Source: Candidatus Cloacimonadales bacterium
Lineage (GTDB): Bacteria > Cloacimonadota > Cloacimonadia > Cloacimonadales > DAONDQ01
Assembly: GCA_963662275.1 (NCBI GenBank)
Contig: OY759316.1
Location: 3,648,001 to 3,712,000, forward strand
Direction of reading: 5' to 3'
Length of the DNA stretch: 64,000 bases
Under the pieces are notes generated by a model. It worked only from the letters and a program-made list of their open reading frames with translations. It made no database searches and had not been told where the DNA came from. Position numbers and translations under genes: made by a program. Below are positions 10,761 to 21,633 of the stretch, one piece after another (position 1 is the stretch's first letter; each line of letters starts with the position of its first letter).

Positions 10761-11333
10761 TTACTTCGACCCGGCTTTTCCAGCTTTGATAATCACAACT
10801 TCATCTGCATATCGGACGCCCTTCCCTTTGTAATTTTCAGGAGGTCTGCAAGCTCTTACTTCAGCCGCAAATTTGCCGATATCTTCTTTATTAATACCTT
10901 TAATACGAACAATACTGTTCAAGTCAGCTTTTGAACCCTTACTCCTGGGAACAGCTTCAACAACAACAGTGATTCCTTTCGGAACCTGTAATAGAATATC
11001 ATGTGAGAAACCCAAGGCTAATTTGACCCATGGTCCGATCTTTTCAGCATTATAACCGGTTCCAATAACATGCAGAACCTTTTCATAACCGGCTGAAACA
11101 CCAGTAACCATATTATTGACCAATGCGCGGGTCAAACCATGAAGGGCGCGTTGCTGACGAGTGTCGTTCTCACGTTTGATATGGATGACAGATTCTTCCA
11201 TTTCAGCAGTAATCCCTTGGTTGAATTGATATTGAAGTGAACCTAAAGGTCCATCGACTTTCATCAATCCATCTTGATAATTAATCTTCACACCCTGGGG
11301 AATCTGAATAGGAGCTTTTCCAATTCTTGACAC
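10761..11333 (-). CDS. rplF: 50S ribosomal protein L6
   Basis: [23 protein letters not shown]. Confidence 0.97.
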   Translation of the reverse strand: MSRIGKAPIQIPQGVKINYQDGLMKVDGPLGSLQYQFNQGITAEMEESVIHIKRENDTRQQRALHGLTRALVNNMVTGVSAGYEKVLHVIGTGYNAEKIGPWVKLALGFSHDILLQVPKGITVVVEAVPRSKGSKADLNSIVRIKGINKEDIGKFAAEVRACRPPENYKGKGVRYADEVVIIKAGKAGSK

Positions 11334-11342
11334 GTTACCCTC

Positions 11343-11756
11343 CTACCAGACCTTACAGACGTATTCACCGCCGATATTGGCAGCTCTTGCGTCACGATCA
11401 ACCATCACACCTCTACTCGAAGTGATAATAGCCAGACCTATATGGTTATAAACAGAAGGTAGATTATCAGATTTGACATACACTCTTCGACCTGGTTTGG
11501 AAATCCGTTGGATTCCACGGAGAATGGGCTTACCATTGTTCGTATAGCGTAAATTCAATGTAATCTTACGTCTTTCAATTTTTTTAGCGGGATCTCTTTC
11601 AATGATTTGATAACTATTTATGAAATTCTCTTCCGCCAGTATTTTTACTATAGACTCAGTCAGGCGATTGTGATTAACGATCACCTGAGTATGTCCGGCA
11701 CGATATGCATTGCGAATTTTTGTCAATGCATCAGCTATCGGATCGCACACGCTCAT
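11343..11756 (-). CDS. rpsH: 30S ribosomal protein S8
   Basis: DPIADALTKIRNA, RISKPGRRVY, GGEY. Confidence 0.97.
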   Translation of the reverse strand: MSVCDPIADALTKIRNAYRAGHTQVIVNHNRLTESIVKILAEENFINSYQIIERDPAKKIERRKITLNLRYTNNGKPILRGIQRISKPGRRVYVKSDNLPSVYNHIGLAIITSSRGVMVDRDARAANIGGEYVCKVW

Positions 11757-11770
11757 CTTATTTCTCCTCT

Positions 11771-11956
11771 TTACCAGCTTGCTCTGGTGATTCCAGGGAT
11801 TTGACCCGTGGATGCATACTTACGGAAGCATAAACGACACATACCAAAATCTCTCAGGTAAGCTCGGGCTCTTCCACAAACCATGCAGCGGTTATATTTC
11901 CGTACTGCGAACTTCGGCGTTCTACTTTGCTTGATAGTCCATGATTTTTTTGCCAA
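11771..11956 (-). CDS. rpsN: 30S ribosomal protein S14, zinc-binding type
   Basis: NRCMVCGR...[16 protein letters not shown]. Confidence 0.97.
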   Translation of the reverse strand: MAKKSWTIKQSRTPKFAVRKYNRCMVCGRARAYLRDFGMCRLCFRKYASTGQIPGITRASW

Positions 11957-11969
11957 GTTCTACTCCTTG

Positions 11970-12512
11970 TTAATTTTTCTGGAATGGAACACCCAGCGCG
12001 CGGAGAAGCTCTCTGGCTTCTTCATCATTTTTCGCTGTGGTGACGATCGTTATGTTCATACCGCGTACTGCATCGATCTTATCATAGTCGATTTCAGGGA
12101 ACACGGTCTGTTCTTTAATACCGATAGAATAGTTGCCGCGACCATCAAATGAATGCAAGGGAATTCCCTTAAAATCACGGATTCGAGGCATTACAATACT
12201 AACCAAACGATCCAGGAATTCATACATGATTTCATCACGTAAAGTAACTTTTGCCCCAATGGGCATACCTTGACGTAATTTGAAATTGGATATGGATTTC
12301 TTGGCTTTGGTGATGATCGGTTTACGTCCTGTTATTGTCTCCAGATCTTTGATAGCATTGTCGAGAAGAGCTTTGTTTTGGGTGGCTATTCCCACTCCCA
12401 TGCTAACAACAATTCGATCAACCTTCGGAACCATATTTACGTTTTTGTATTCGAATTTCTTGATCAAAGTAGGAATGACCTCTTTCCGGTAGCTTTCTTT
12501 CATGCGATTCAT
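11970..12512 (-). CDS. rplE: 50S ribosomal protein L5
   Basis: [32 protein letters not shown]. Confidence 0.98.
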   Translation of the reverse strand: MNRMKESYRKEVIPTLIKKFEYKNVNMVPKVDRIVVSMGVGIATQNKALLDNAIKDLETITGRKPIITKAKKSISNFKLRQGMPIGAKVTLRDEIMYEFLDRLVSIVMPRIRDFKGIPLHSFDGRGNYSIGIKEQTVFPEIDYDKIDAVRGMNITIVTTAKNDEEARELLRALGVPFQKN

Positions 12513-12522
12513 GTCCTACTCC

Positions 12523-12858
12523 TTATAATTCGTCACCGGTCTTTTGACAGACACGGATACGTTTGCCATCCACTTCTTTGAAGACAGCTCTTGTCACATC
12601 ATGGATCTTCTCATTGAATATCATGAGATTGGATACATGAATCGGAGCTTCCTTGGTGACAATGCCACCTTGCGGATTGCGTTGATTCGCTTTCGTATGT
12701 TTTTTGATAAAATTGACTTTTTCCACGATCACTCTCTGGGTTTTTGGAAAAGCTTTCAGGACTTTCCCTTTTACACCTTTATAAGGACCGGTGATCACGA
12801 CAACATTATCGCCTTTCTTAATTCTCATTTTTGTAGTTGTGCTTATCTTCGTGTTCAT
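12523..12858 (-). CDS. rplX: 50S ribosomal protein L24
   Basis: IKKGDNVVVITG, EAPIHVSN. Confidence 0.97.
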   Translation of the reverse strand: MNTKISTTTKMRIKKGDNVVVITGPYKGVKGKVLKAFPKTQRVIVEKVNFIKKHTKANQRNPQGGIVTKEAPIHVSNLMIFNEKIHDVTRAVFKEVDGKRIRVCQKTGDEL

Positions 12859-12866
12859 TTCCTCTC

Positions 12867-13235
12867 CTAAAGTACTTCCGGTGCAAGTGAGATGATCTTG
12901 GTGAAATGATTTTCTCTCAATTCACGGGCAACTGGTCCAAAAATACGTGTACCTTTGGGTTCACCTTTATCATCAATGATCACGGCAGCGTTGTCTTCAA
13001 AACGGATATATGTACCATCCGGACGACGGACTTCTTTGGAAGTGCGGACGATCACGGCTTTTTCCACAGTGCCTTTTTTTACTTTGCCACCTGGAGTAGC
13101 AGATTTGATTGCAATCACGATGATATCACCGATGGTTGCATATCTTCTGCCTGTACCGCCCAGAACCTTAATACACATGGCTTTCTTGGCACCTGAATTA
13201 TCCGCGATATTCAATATGGTTTGTACTTGAATCAT
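12867..13235 (-). CDS. rplN: 50S ribosomal protein L14
   Basis: [27 protein letters not shown]. Confidence 0.98.
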   Translation of the reverse strand: MIQVQTILNIADNSGAKKAMCIKVLGGTGRRYATIGDIIVIAIKSATPGGKVKKGTVEKAVIVRTSKEVRRPDGTYIRFEDNAAVIIDDKGEPKGTRIFGPVARELRENHFTKIISLAPEVL

Positions 13236-13247
13236 CTCCCCGTCTCC

Positions 13248-13502
13248 TTATTTACTGCGTTCGACTATCTTGGAGAGGATCCAGCGTTTGCTGTGACTTA
13301 AAGGTCTGTGTTCCTGGATGAGAACCACATCACCTTTCTTCGCTTCATTCTCCTCATCATGTGCCATGAATTTCTTATGGCGTCTGACGGTCTTTTTATA
13401 CAAGGGATGAATGAACTGGCGTTCGACACGGACGACGACCGTTTTATCCATTTTATCACTAACGACCACTCCCTGCTTGGTTACTTTTCTACCTTCAGCC
13501 AT
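13248..13502 (-). CDS. rpsQ: 30S ribosomal protein S17
   Basis: [27 protein letters not shown]. Confidence 0.97.
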   Translation of the reverse strand: MAEGRKVTKQGVVVSDKMDKTVVVRVERQFIHPLYKKTVRRHKKFMAHDEENEAKKGDVVLIQEHRPLSHSKRWILSKIVERSK

Positions 13503-13504
13503 GG

Positions 13505-13702
13505 TTAACCTCTTGCCTTCGTTTTTTCCGTGATGATAGTCTTGATCCGGGCTATCTCCTTTCTCGCAAGACGGAGACGTGCAGGATTATCGAGTAAATT
13601 CTTGGCTTTCTGAAAGCGAAGATTAAATAACTCGGTCTGATTCTGTTCTATTTTCCGGTTCAATTCTTCCACGGTCATATCACGTAATTCCTGAGCCTTC
13701 AT
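13505..13702 (-). CDS. rpmC: 50S ribosomal protein L29
   Basis: [17 protein letters not shown]. Confidence 0.96.
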   Translation of the reverse strand: MKAQELRDMTVEELNRKIEQNQTELFNLRFQKAKNLLDNPARLRLARKEIARIKTIITEKTKARG

Positions 13703-14118
13703 AACTCTACTCCTTCGCGTGATATCATCTTCGTCTTGATGGGTAATTTATGACTGGCTAACCGCATTGCTTCTTTTGCCAAAGTCAAGTCAACACCTTC
13801 TATTTCAAATAGAATGCGACCTGGTTTGATTACGGCTACCCAATATTCCGGAGCACCTTTGCCTTTTCCCATACGGGTTTCGGCTGGCTTTTGCGTAACT
13901 GGCTTATCCGGGAATATCCGAATCCATACTTTACCTACTCTCTTCATATGACGAGTGATAGCGATACGAGCTGCTTCAATCTGGCGACTCGAAAGCCATG
14001 CATCTTCTAGTGCGATTAAACCATAATCGCCGAAGTTCATGTCACTTCCTCTATATGCCAAACCGGTGCGACGCCCGCGCATCTGTTTTCTAAATTTTAC
14101 CTTTTTTGGTGCTAACAT
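13699..14118 (-). CDS. rplP: 50S ribosomal protein L16
   Basis: Start [11 protein letters not shown] at 14118; IFPDKP, RMGKGKG. Confidence 0.97.
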   Translation of the reverse strand: MLAPKKVKFRKQMRGRRTGLAYRGSDMNFGDYGLIALEDAWLSSRQIEAARIAITRHMKRVGKVWIRIFPDKPVTQKPAETRMGKGKGAPEYWVAVIKPGRILFEIEGVDLTLAKEAMRLASHKLPIKTKMISREGVEL

Positions 14119-14128
14119 AATTCGCTCC

Positions 14129-14776
14129 TTAATCCAAGATGTCGCCCTTGTAGATCCAAACCTTGATGCCGATGACACCGTAGGTTGTATTGGCTTCTAC
14201 GAGAGCGTAGTCAATGTCGGCACGAAGTGTATGCAGCGGGGTACGTCCCTGCTTATAGCGTTCCGTGCGTGCGATTTCAGCACCACCCAAACGTCCCGAC
14301 ACCTGGACTTTCACACCCAGGGCACCGTCACGCATTACATTACGTATCGCTGATTTCATGGCACGACGGAAAGAAACGCGTTCTTCCAACTGACGGGAAA
14401 TATCCCTGCCAACCAAGTGTGCATCAAGATACATCTTTTCTATTTCCTGGATATTGATGAAAACCGTGATTGGTGCCTTGCGATTCTTATTAATCAGCAC
14501 ATTCAGTTCATTACGCAGAGATTCGATCTCCGCGCCTTTTTTTCCGATCACTTGACCGGGGCGTGCTGTATGTAGATCAATGGTAATCGAATTCGTCTTA
14601 CGAGAAATAGAGACCTTAGAGATCATCTGTTCTTTCAGACGTTTCATGAGATAACCACGAATCTTTAAATCTTCGTGTAAGTTTGCTACGTAATTGGCTC
14701 CATTGGCAAACCAAATTGAATCAGTCTGCTTATTTATGCCTATACGAAATAGAATTGGATTAATCTTTTGTCCCAA
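14129..14776 (-). CDS. rpsC: 30S ribosomal protein S3
   Basis: [28 protein letters not shown]. Confidence 0.98.
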   Translation of the reverse strand: MGQKINPILFRIGINKQTDSIWFANGANYVANLHEDLKIRGYLMKRLKEQMISKVSISRKTNSITIDLHTARPGQVIGKKGAEIESLRNELNVLINKNRKAPITVFINIQEIEKMYLDAHLVGRDISRQLEERVSFRRAMKSAIRNVMRDGALGVKVQVSGRLGGAEIARTERYKQGRTPLHTLRADIDYALVEANTTYGVIGIKVWIYKGDILD

Positions 14777-14785
14777 GCGCTCCTC

Positions 14786-15124
14786 CTATTCCTTTTCTCT
14801 GAGTTCGAGGGTAATATGGCATGTCCGGCGACGTATCAGGTACGCACGTCCCTGCGCCCGAGGCATGTATCTTTTCATGATTGGACCTTCGTCAGCAAAT
14901 GCCTTATCAACAATCAGATCTTTGGCAGCGATCTTCGAATTCTTGAAAGTGGCGTTTGCGAGTGCTGAATCTAATAATTTCCCGATGCTTTCTGATGCGC
15001 GCTTTGTCGAAAAATGCAATATATGCTGTGCATCATCGACATTTTTACCGCGGATAATATCCAGAACTAAACGCGCTTTCCTGGCAGAACCACGGGAATG
15101 TTTCAATATGGCTTTAGCTTCCAT
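14786..15124 (-). CDS. rplV: 50S ribosomal protein L22
   Basis: SARKARLV..IRG, PRAQGRA. Confidence 0.97.
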   Translation of the reverse strand: MEAKAILKHSRGSARKARLVLDIIRGKNVDDAQHILHFSTKRASESIGKLLDSALANATFKNSKIAAKDLIVDKAFADEGPIMKRYMPRAQGRAYLIRRRTCHITLELREKE

Positions 15125-15144
15125 TCTTTATCTCCTTGTTCTAC

Positions 15145-15423
15145 CTATTTAGTGGTTTTTTTCTTCTTTTCTTTGTGACCGCGATAGGTTCTGGTGGGAG
15201 AAAATTCTCCAAGTTTATGACCGACCATATTTTCCGTGACATAGACAGGTACAAATTTGTGTCCATTATGAACAGCAAAGGTATGACCGATAAAATCAGG
15301 AATCACAACGGAACGGCGAGACCATGTCTTAACGACTGACTTTTTATTATCGAGATTCAATACTTCCACTTTCTTGAGAAGGTGATCATCTACAAATGGG
15401 CCTTTTTTAATGGATCTTGACAT
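15145..15423 (-). CDS. rpsS: 30S ribosomal protein S19
   Basis: [23 protein letters not shown]. Confidence 0.98.
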   Translation of the reverse strand: MSRSIKKGPFVDDHLLKKVEVLNLDNKKSVVKTWSRRSVVIPDFIGHTFAVHNGHKFVPVYVTENMVGHKLGEFSPTRTYRGHKEKKKKTTK

Positions 15424-15440
15424 TTCCTCTTCCTCCTTCT

Positions 15441-16268
15441 CTACTTCTTTCTCGATTTGATGATGTACTTGTTAGAGTATTTCTTCTTCGGACGGGTTTT
15501 CCCGCCTTTAGCTAGCTTACCCCAAGGAGATACTGGATGACGTCCACCGGATGTCTTTCCTTCTCCACCACCCATCGGATGATCAACGGGATTCATCACA
15601 ACACCGCGAACGGTGGGGCGTGTGCCTAACCAACGATTACGTCCTGCTTTACCTATCTTGATCAGGTTGTGTTCAATGTTTCCTACCTGACCCATCGTGG
15701 CATAGCATTCCTTGCGAACTAGGTGAACATCGTTGGATGGCATCTTAACATGTACATAATTTCCCTCTTTGGCTACAACCTGACCATATGTTCCGGCTGA
15801 ACGGGCAATCTGTCCGCCCCTGCCTGGCTTCAATTCAATGTTGTGAACCACAGAACCTAAGGGAATACGTTCCAGCGGTAAGGCATTACCTACTGTAATT
15901 TCAGCTTCAGGACCTGCCAGAAGCTTGACACCGACTTTCAAGCCGTCCGGAGCCAGGATGTAGCGTTTTTCTCCATCAACGTAATGAAGAAGTGCGATAC
16001 GGGCTGAACGGTTCGGGTCGTATTCAATAGAGGCTACTACCGCAGGAATACTGCGTTTATTGCGTTTAAAATCGATAATACGGTAATGACGTTTATGACC
16101 ACCACCAATGTGGCGAGTCGTGATACGTCCCTGGTTATTACGTCCACCGGTTTTATGTAAAGGCATAAGTAATGATTTTTCCGGTGTTGTCTTCGTAATT
16201 TCTTCGAAGGTATAGCCAGTCTTGAACCGCATTGTCGGAGTGATCGGTTTGTACTTTTTAATTCCCAT
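15441..16268 (-). CDS. rplB: 50S ribosomal protein L2
   Basis: [31 protein letters not shown]. Confidence 0.98.
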   Translation of the reverse strand: MGIKKYKPITPTMRFKTGYTFEEITKTTPEKSLLMPLHKTGGRNNQGRITTRHIGGGHKRHYRIIDFKRNKRSIPAVVASIEYDPNRSARIALLHYVDGEKRYILAPDGLKVGVKLLAGPEAEITVGNALPLERIPLGSVVHNIELKPGRGGQIARSAGTYGQVVAKEGNYVHVKMPSNDVHLVRKECYATMGQVGNIEHNLIKIGKAGRNRWLGTRPTVRGVVMNPVDHPMGGGEGKTSGGRHPVSPWGKLAKGGKTRPKKKYSNKYIIKSRKK

Positions 16269-16277
16269 GATTACTCC

Positions 16278-16568
16278 TTATACTTCAAAATCGGCGATCT
16301 TGTCACCGGCTCTCAAAGTTACAATTGCTTTTTTCCAATCAGGCCTTCTGCCTTCATATTTACCTAGACGTTTTGGTTTACCTTTAACACGGATAGTGTT
16401 TACACTGAGCACATGTACTGTGAAAATATGCTCTATCGCTTTCTTAATCTCGATCTTGTTAGCATTGATACTCACCCGAAATGTATAGCAGTTTGTGGTT
16501 GCCATCATCTGGTTTGATTTTTCCGTTAAGATCGGAGCTACGATTATTTCTCTGGGATGGATTGTCAT
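16278..16568 (-). CDS. rplW: 50S ribosomal protein L23
   Basis: [26 protein letters not shown]. Confidence 0.97.
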   Translation of the reverse strand: MTIHPREIIVAPILTEKSNQMMATTNCYTFRVSINANKIEIKKAIEHIFTVHVLSVNTIRVKGKPKRLGKYEGRRPDWKKAIVTLRAGDKIADFEV

Positions 16569-17197
16569 GCGAATACCTCCTCAGCTTTTTTCAGTGCAGA
16601 TTCTGTCATAATGAGATATTGGCAGTTCAGGATTTCATAGGCATATAAACCATCAGCACGGTCACATTTCACTTTTTCTAAATTACGGAAGGAACGTACG
16701 ACAGGTAAATTATGTCCATCGGTAATGATTAATATTTTAGCAGTGGCACCAATCATCTTATTCAGGATTTCTTTGGCATCACGAGTGCTGGGTGTACTGA
16801 ACTGGAAATCTTCAACGATCAGTACCTGTCCATTTTTCGCCCGTTCAGATAAGGCAAGTTTCAGAGCCAATCTTTTCTTCTTTTTAGGAATTGGACGATA
16901 CCAGTCTTTTGGTACAATACCAAAAGCCATACCACCACCGACGCGAATAGGTGTGCGGCGCATACCGACTCGAGCATTGCCTGTTCCTTTTTGACGGAAC
17001 AGCTTGCGGTTACTCCCTGAGACCATGGAACGGTTCTTCTTACCGACAGTACCTTGACGCTGATTGGCATTATACATTTTAATAACTTCATAAATAAGTG
17101 TCTTCGGCTGGGCAGTTTCCACTTCGAATAATCCGGAGGGAAGAACCACTTTACCGATCTGTTCGCCCTGGGACGAATATTTTATTGCTTCTACCAT
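16565..17197 (-). CDS. rplD: 50S ribosomal protein L4
   Basis: [23 protein letters not shown]. Confidence 0.97.
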   Translation of the reverse strand: MVEAIKYSSQGEQIGKVVLPSGLFEVETAQPKTLIYEVIKMYNANQRQGTVGKKNRSMVSGSNRKLFRQKGTGNARVGMRRTPIRVGGGMAFGIVPKDWYRPIPKKKKRLALKLALSERAKNGQVLIVEDFQFSTPSTRDAKEILNKMIGATAKILIITDGHNLPVVRSFRNLEKVKCDRADGLYAYEILNCQYLIMTESALKKAEEVFA

Positions 17198-17209
17198 TCT
17201 TTCTCCCCG

Positions 17210-17833
17210 TTACTTCTCTTTGCGTAAGATCACAAGACTGTTACGATGCCCGGGTACTGCACCACGTATCATGATCAGGTTATTCTCTTCATCCACTTTC
17301 ACGATTTGAAGATTCTTCGTCGTGATGCGTGCATTTCCATGATGTCCAGCCATTTTCATACCCTTAAGCACACGTGATGGAGTTGCGCACATACCGATTG
17401 ATCCAGGTCCACGAAATGATTCATGAGAACCATGTGTTGAGATGAAGCCGGCAAAGTGATGACGTTTCATAACTCCGGTAAATCCACGACCCTTTGAAGT
17501 ACCGATTACATCGATGATTTCATGAGCTGCAAAAATACTGACCGTGATCATTTCCCCTTTTTCGACATCTGTGGGATCTTCTAAACTGAATTCACGAAGA
17601 TAACGATATGGTGCACTTTCATATTTCTTGAAATGACCAAGAAGAGGTTTTGTTACTCTGTGTTCTGCTCTTTCTTCAAAACCCAGTTGAACTGCACAAT
17701 AACCGTCTTTTTCAGGAGTTTTGACCTGGACGACTTTGCAGGGACCGGCTTTGATTAGAGTGACAGGAATGACTTTTCCATCTTTATCGAAGGTCTGGGT
17801 CATCCCGATTTTCTTTCCAATTAATCCTATCAT
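17210..17833 (-). CDS. rplC: 50S ribosomal protein L3
   Basis: [30 protein letters not shown]. Confidence 0.98.
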   Translation of the reverse strand: MIGLIGKKIGMTQTFDKDGKVIPVTLIKAGPCKVVQVKTPEKDGYCAVQLGFEERAEHRVTKPLLGHFKKYESAPYRYLREFSLEDPTDVEKGEMITVSIFAAHEIIDVIGTSKGRGFTGVMKRHHFAGFISTHGSHESFRGPGSIGMCATPSRVLKGMKMAGHHGNARITTKNLQIVKVDEENNLIMIRGAVPGHRNSLVILRKEK

Positions 17834-17835
17834 TT

Positions 17836-18165
17836 CTAACTCCTAACGTTCGCCTTGATCTCGACATGCACACCGGCGGGAAGACTAAGCTTCTTCAGTG
17901 CGGTTGTCGTTTGGGGAGTTGGATTGACAATATCAATCAGTCTTTTGTGTACGAGCATCTGAAATTGGTCCATGGACTTTTTGTCCACATGCGGGGAACG
18001 AAGAACTGTATAAATTGTTCTGTCCGTAGGTAATGGAATTGGTCCCACTACTTTGGCACCTGTGTTCTTCGTGCTTTTAATGATCTCTTGCACCGACTGA
18101 TCAAGCAAGCGATGATCATAAGCTTTCAATTTGATTCTGATGCGATTGTCGTTAGTGTTGCTCAC
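17836..18165 (-). CDS. rpsJ: 30S ribosomal protein S10
   Basis: [26 protein letters not shown]; probable GTG start 18165 after GGAGGT. Confidence 0.97.
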   Translation of the reverse strand: MSNTNDNRIRIKLKAYDHRLLDQSVQEIIKSTKNTGAKVVGPIPLPTDRTIYTVLRSPHVDKKSMDQFQMLVHKRLIDIVNPTPQTTTALKKLSLPAGVHVEIKANVRS

Positions 18166-18178
18166 CGACACCTCCACC

Positions 18179-18373
18179 TTATGATAAAATAAACGACTGA
18201 ACGCACAAATTACCCGACTGTAAAAAACGGATAGTTCTGTGGCGTCCTGTGTCTTTTAAAGATACAATGATACTGTAAGAATTGTGTTTCATTTGAAAAG
18301 ATGCTGCTTCCGGTAGCGGATTTCCGCTTACTCCGACAGCGCAATACTTCCCATGAAGTTTGCGTTGCGACAT
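18179..18373 (-). CDS. Putative 64-aa leader ORF at the head of the S10 operon
   Basis: AGGAGG-AACC-ATG; its TAA abuts the rpsJ SD (TAAGGTGGAGGT); no family recognised. Confidence 0.4.
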   Translation of the reverse strand: MSQRKLHGKYCAVGVSGNPLPEAASFQMKHNSYSIIVSLKDTGRHRTIRFLQSGNLCVQSFILS

Positions 18374-18544
18374 GGTTCCTCCTAAAGATCTAAAAGCCCT
18401 GCATTTGTGGGCTTGTGCTCATGCCCGAAGGCACGTGATAAAATACTGAGTGTTAAAATTCCTATCTCATCGATATCTGTCAAATTATTTCTGCTTTTTC
18501 TTTCTATATTTGAAAATAGTGAGGAAATTGATAACCAATTAATG

Positions 18545-18802
18545 GTAGCAACAACTTCAGTCGTTGGATCAACTGCCGTAGTTCGCGACCTCCGAGCGTG
18601 ATATAAGGCTGCCGGGACGTCAGCAACTACTGTTAGATTTTCCCCATTGAAATGGACTGATTTGATAAATCAAATCAACCAACGAATAAATTCGTTGCTA
18701 CGTTCGGCGCTGTATTCGGTCATTGAGCGAAGTCGAAATGCCGGTGAAGAGAATACGTCCTCTAAAAGAGCACGTAGCACCATCAAATAGATGGCGCCCC
18801 AG
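18545..18802. repeat. Mosaic of nested GTAG-type REPs plus CATTGAGCGAAGTCGAAATG motif (BIME-like)
   Basis: GTAGCAAC(18545)..GTTGCTAC(18701) encloses GTAGTT(18578)..AACTAC(18630); 18733-18802 recurs at 47856-47925 with 2 mismatches. Confidence 0.75.
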
Positions 18803-18973
18803 AAAAAACGCTGTAAGTAAACTTGTTCTACGACTTCATTATTGATAATTTATCTTGGAATTTTCACATTATTTCTTGACTATGTAGATTGACATTGTAT
18901 TATTTATACCATATTCGTGTTAAATGAGTTTCGATAATTGTGATGTAATCAATCAATTCAAAAGAGGTAGATT

Positions 18974-20443
18974 ATGCCGGAGTTTAGGAGAACATTTTTC
19001 ATTTTAGCATTTCTTATAGGATGTAGCTTTCTTTCAGCACTAGTTATTGATCATAACTGCACGAGCCAGTCGGTTATACCAGCATCAGCAATTCAATTGG
19101 CAAAATCCAATTTGCATATCGCCTATACACATACTTCCCATGGCAGTCAAATAATAACGGGAATGACAGAACTTGATGCCTTTATGGGAAATACAGGATT
19201 GTATCACTGGAATGATGGACCCTTGGCAGGAGATTTAGATATTGATGACTATGCCATGGGATCCACAGATCTGGGTCTCAATGGAGATCTTTCCTGGTAT
19301 GATCTAACGGTTGATTTTTTAAATGATCCAGCCAATAGTCGTATCAATGTAGTCATGTGGTCATGGTGTGGCGGATGTTCAGATAATACGACAACTGGTA
19401 TCCAAGCCTATTTAAATGCGATGAATCAGTTGGAAATTGCTTATCCTGCGATCAAATTTGTCTATATGACCGGACATCTGGATATTTGGAATGATGCAGC
19501 CTTGAAACAGCATAATCAGCAAATCAGGAATTACTGTATTACCAATAACAAAATACTCTATGACTTTGCAGATATTGAAAGTTATAATCCGGATGGTGTA
19601 TTTTATCAGTATGCAACAGATAGCTGCGATTATTATGCTGATACCTATGGAGATACATACCTGGGTAACTGGGGCACAAGTTGGCAAGATACATATCCCG
19701 GGCAATGGTATTCTTGTGAAGCGCAACACACTGAACCAGTCAATGCCAATATGAAAGCCTATGCTGCATGGTGGTTATGGGCACGATTAGCTGGATGGAA
19801 CGCACAAGTCAATTCAGAACGATTTGCACTCCATTCGACCACGCTTCACAACTACACAGGACCGGGTGTAGGAATTCAATTTACAGGTGTAGGCAATACT
19901 GCTGCCACGAAAATGACTATTGCCAAAATCACCGGAGGACCGGGAACTTATGGCAGCTTACCTGCCTATATTACACAGGTTAGCAGTACAGCTTACTGGA
20001 CACTTCATTCTTCAAGAGGAAATGTGGGCAATTATTCTCTTACACTCAATCTTACAGGAATCGTCAGTGCTCTCGATTTTCCGAATATCTGTATATTAAA
20101 GAGAACCGTTGATAATTCAGCTTGGGTTGATGTGAGTTCCTATGTAACGAGCAGAGTATATCCGAATATAACGCTTTCCGGTCTGATCGGTTATGGTGAT
20201 TTTGTGACTGCCACAGCAACACCTCTTGCTACTCCGGTAGTTCAGAATATTACCTATACTGCTAACAAAGTTAGGATACAATGGCAGGCTGTTTCTACAG
20301 CAACATCCTACCAGGTGATTTCTGCGACAAGCCCATCAGGGTCATATACTACAGCAACGGGTGGAACCTATAGCGGTACAAGCTGGTCAATTACTCCAGC
20401 GGATTCGAAGAAATTCTTCAAGGTAAAAGCAATCAGAAATTAA
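18974..20443 (+). CDS. Secreted protein: SGNH-hydrolase-like N-terminal domain plus Fn3-like C-terminal domain
   Basis: Signal peptide; HIAYTHTSHGSQ, WSWCG, YMTGH, YDFADIES; C-term W.AV..ATSY..KFFKVKA. Confidence 0.65.
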   Translation: MPEFRRTFFILAFLIGCSFLSALVIDHNCTSQSVIPASAIQLAKSNLHIAYTHTSHGSQIITGMTELDAFMGNTGLYHWNDGPLAGDLDIDDYAMGSTDLGLNGDLSWYDLTVDFLNDPANSRINVVMWSWCGGCSDNTTTGIQAYLNAMNQLEIAYPAIKFVYMTGHLDIWNDAALKQHNQQIRNYCITNNKILYDFADIESYNPDGVFYQYATDSCDYYADTYGDTYLGNWGTSWQDTYPGQWYSCEAQHTEPVNANMKAYAAWWLWARLAGWNAQVNSERFALHSTTLHNYTGPGVGIQFTGVGNTAATKMTIAKITGGPGTYGSLPAYITQVSSTAYWTLHSSRGNVGNYSLTLNLTGIVSALDFPNICILKRTVDNSAWVDVSSYVTSRVYPNITLSGLIGYGDFVTATATPLATPVVQNITYTANKVRIQWQAVSTATSYQVISATSPSGSYTTATGGTYSGTSWSITPADSKKFFKVKAIRN

Positions 20444-20579
20444 CGAATATAAAAAGACAGACAGCAATGTATCGCACCTAGAACCTAACACCTAGAACCT
20501 TGAACCTTCTGCGTTCAGTGCATTTGCCTTGACAATTTTAGGCTACTTCATTCGTTGGATAAAAACTAGAAATAAATCG

Positions 20580-20655
20580 GGGCCTATAGCTCAGCTGGTA
20601 GAGCCTCCGGCTCATAACCGGATGGTCAGGGGTTCGACTCCCTTTGGGCCCACCA
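20580..20655 (+). tRNA. tRNA with CAT anticodon, most likely tRNA-Ile2 (lysidine)
   Basis: GGGCCTA/TGGGCCC acceptor stem, CCGGCTCATAACCGG anticodon arm, GGTTCGACTCC T-arm, encoded CCA; lacks initiator C1 mismatch and GGG/CCC anticodon stem. Confidence 0.92.
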
Positions 20656-20660
20656 TACAT

Positions 20661-20700
20661 GTAGAGACGCTCTATACGAGCGTCTCTTATTTTATTATTT
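20661..20700 (+). terminator. GTAG-REP hairpin acting as tRNA terminator
   Basis: GTAGAGACGCTC-TATAC-GAGCGTCTCT then T-rich run; same family as 3761-3792 and 34787-34858. Confidence 0.7.
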
Positions 20701-20803
20701 ACAGATATTAATTAATCAATCTTTTTTTGATATATACTGTCAATCTGATAATCAGGTACAAGACTGTGTTTGCTTCCTTCACAAATATTCCCCATATATT
20801 ATA

Positions 20804-20910
20804 CCTGTTTCAATCCTGTTTGATACCAGTTTCATTCCTGTTTCATACCAGTTTCATTCCTGTTTCGAGACACTGGATTAGAATAGGATTGAAACTTGTT
20901 TGAGCTTGGA
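20804..20910. repeat. 11-bp periodic repeat array with inverted right half
   Basis: cctgtttcaat/cctgtttgata/ccagtttcatt/cctgtttcata/ccagtttcatt/cctgtttcgag, then degenerate reverse units (gaataggattgaaac). Confidence 0.75.
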
Positions 20911-21122
20911 TATTAACCAGAATAATGTATGCAGCTTCTGAGAGCCATACAATATTGCCGTCTTGAAACAACTGAATCCGAGTATTTGGAGTTCAATTTT
21001 CCATTGAATTTACTACGATTTCTCAAGTAAAAGGAAATTCGGACTTTCTGAATCTGATAATAAGAAGTATGAAGTCCACTCATCCTTTTAGCTAATCCCA
21101 ATAGATAGATACGAAGGATGAA

Positions 21123-21493
21123 TGAACTCCAAACTTCCAGAAAGCAGAGAATCAAACTCTCCCCTACCCCTCCCTTTATCCAAAGGGAGGGAAATCAGAC
21201 CGGGTGCTGACTTGTACCATTCCTTTATCCAAAGGGAGGGAAATCAGACCGGATGCTGACTTGTACCATTCCTTTATCTAAAGGGAGGGAAATCAGACCG
21301 GGTGCTGACTTGTACCATTCCTCCCTTTATCCAAAGGGAGGGAAATCAGACCGGGTGCTGACTTGTACCATTCCTCCCTTTATCCAAAGGGAGGGAAATC
21401 AGACCGGATGCTGACTTGTACCATTCCTCCCTTTGGATAAAGGGAGGTGGCACTTTAGTGTCGGAGAGTTTGATTCTGAGGATTTGGAGTTCA
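21123..21493. repeat. MITE-like element: terminal inverted repeats enclosing five 49/53-bp tandem hairpin units and a final inverted hairpin
   Basis: Perfect IR agaatcaaactctcc (21148-21162)/ggagagtttgattct (21463-21477); outer IR tgaactccaaa/tttggagttca; units at 21173, 21222, 21271, 21324, 21377. Confidence 0.85.
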
Positions 21494-21633
21494 AATGCCC
21501 TAAACAAATTATCATTGAATACGTGATGAAAAGGGCATTCGGACTTCAAACCCGACCTTTCATACTCGGTAGCGAAAACTCGTTTTCTTGGAAGTTCAAC
21601 GGCTGCAGTATTTTTATATCAGCTTTAAAGTAT

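Noticed and set aside
3915..17091. Antisense and out-of-frame ORFs inside ribosomal-cluster genes (likewise inside other long genes, e.g. 49011-49625)
   Set aside because: Shadow ORFs of well-supported genes.
20580..20655. tRNA-Met or initiator tRNA
   Set aside because: G1-C72 is paired and there is no 3GC anticodon stem; the acceptor stem GGGCCTA fits the Ile type. Elongator Met is not formally excluded without tRNAscan-SE.
20804..20900. CRISPR repeat (GTTTCAATCC / ATTGAAAC ends)
   Set aside because: The period is 11 bp with no spacers; the resemblance is incidental.
21173..21450. CRISPR array
   Set aside because: Inter-hairpin segments are essentially identical (no unique spacers) and no cas genes are present.
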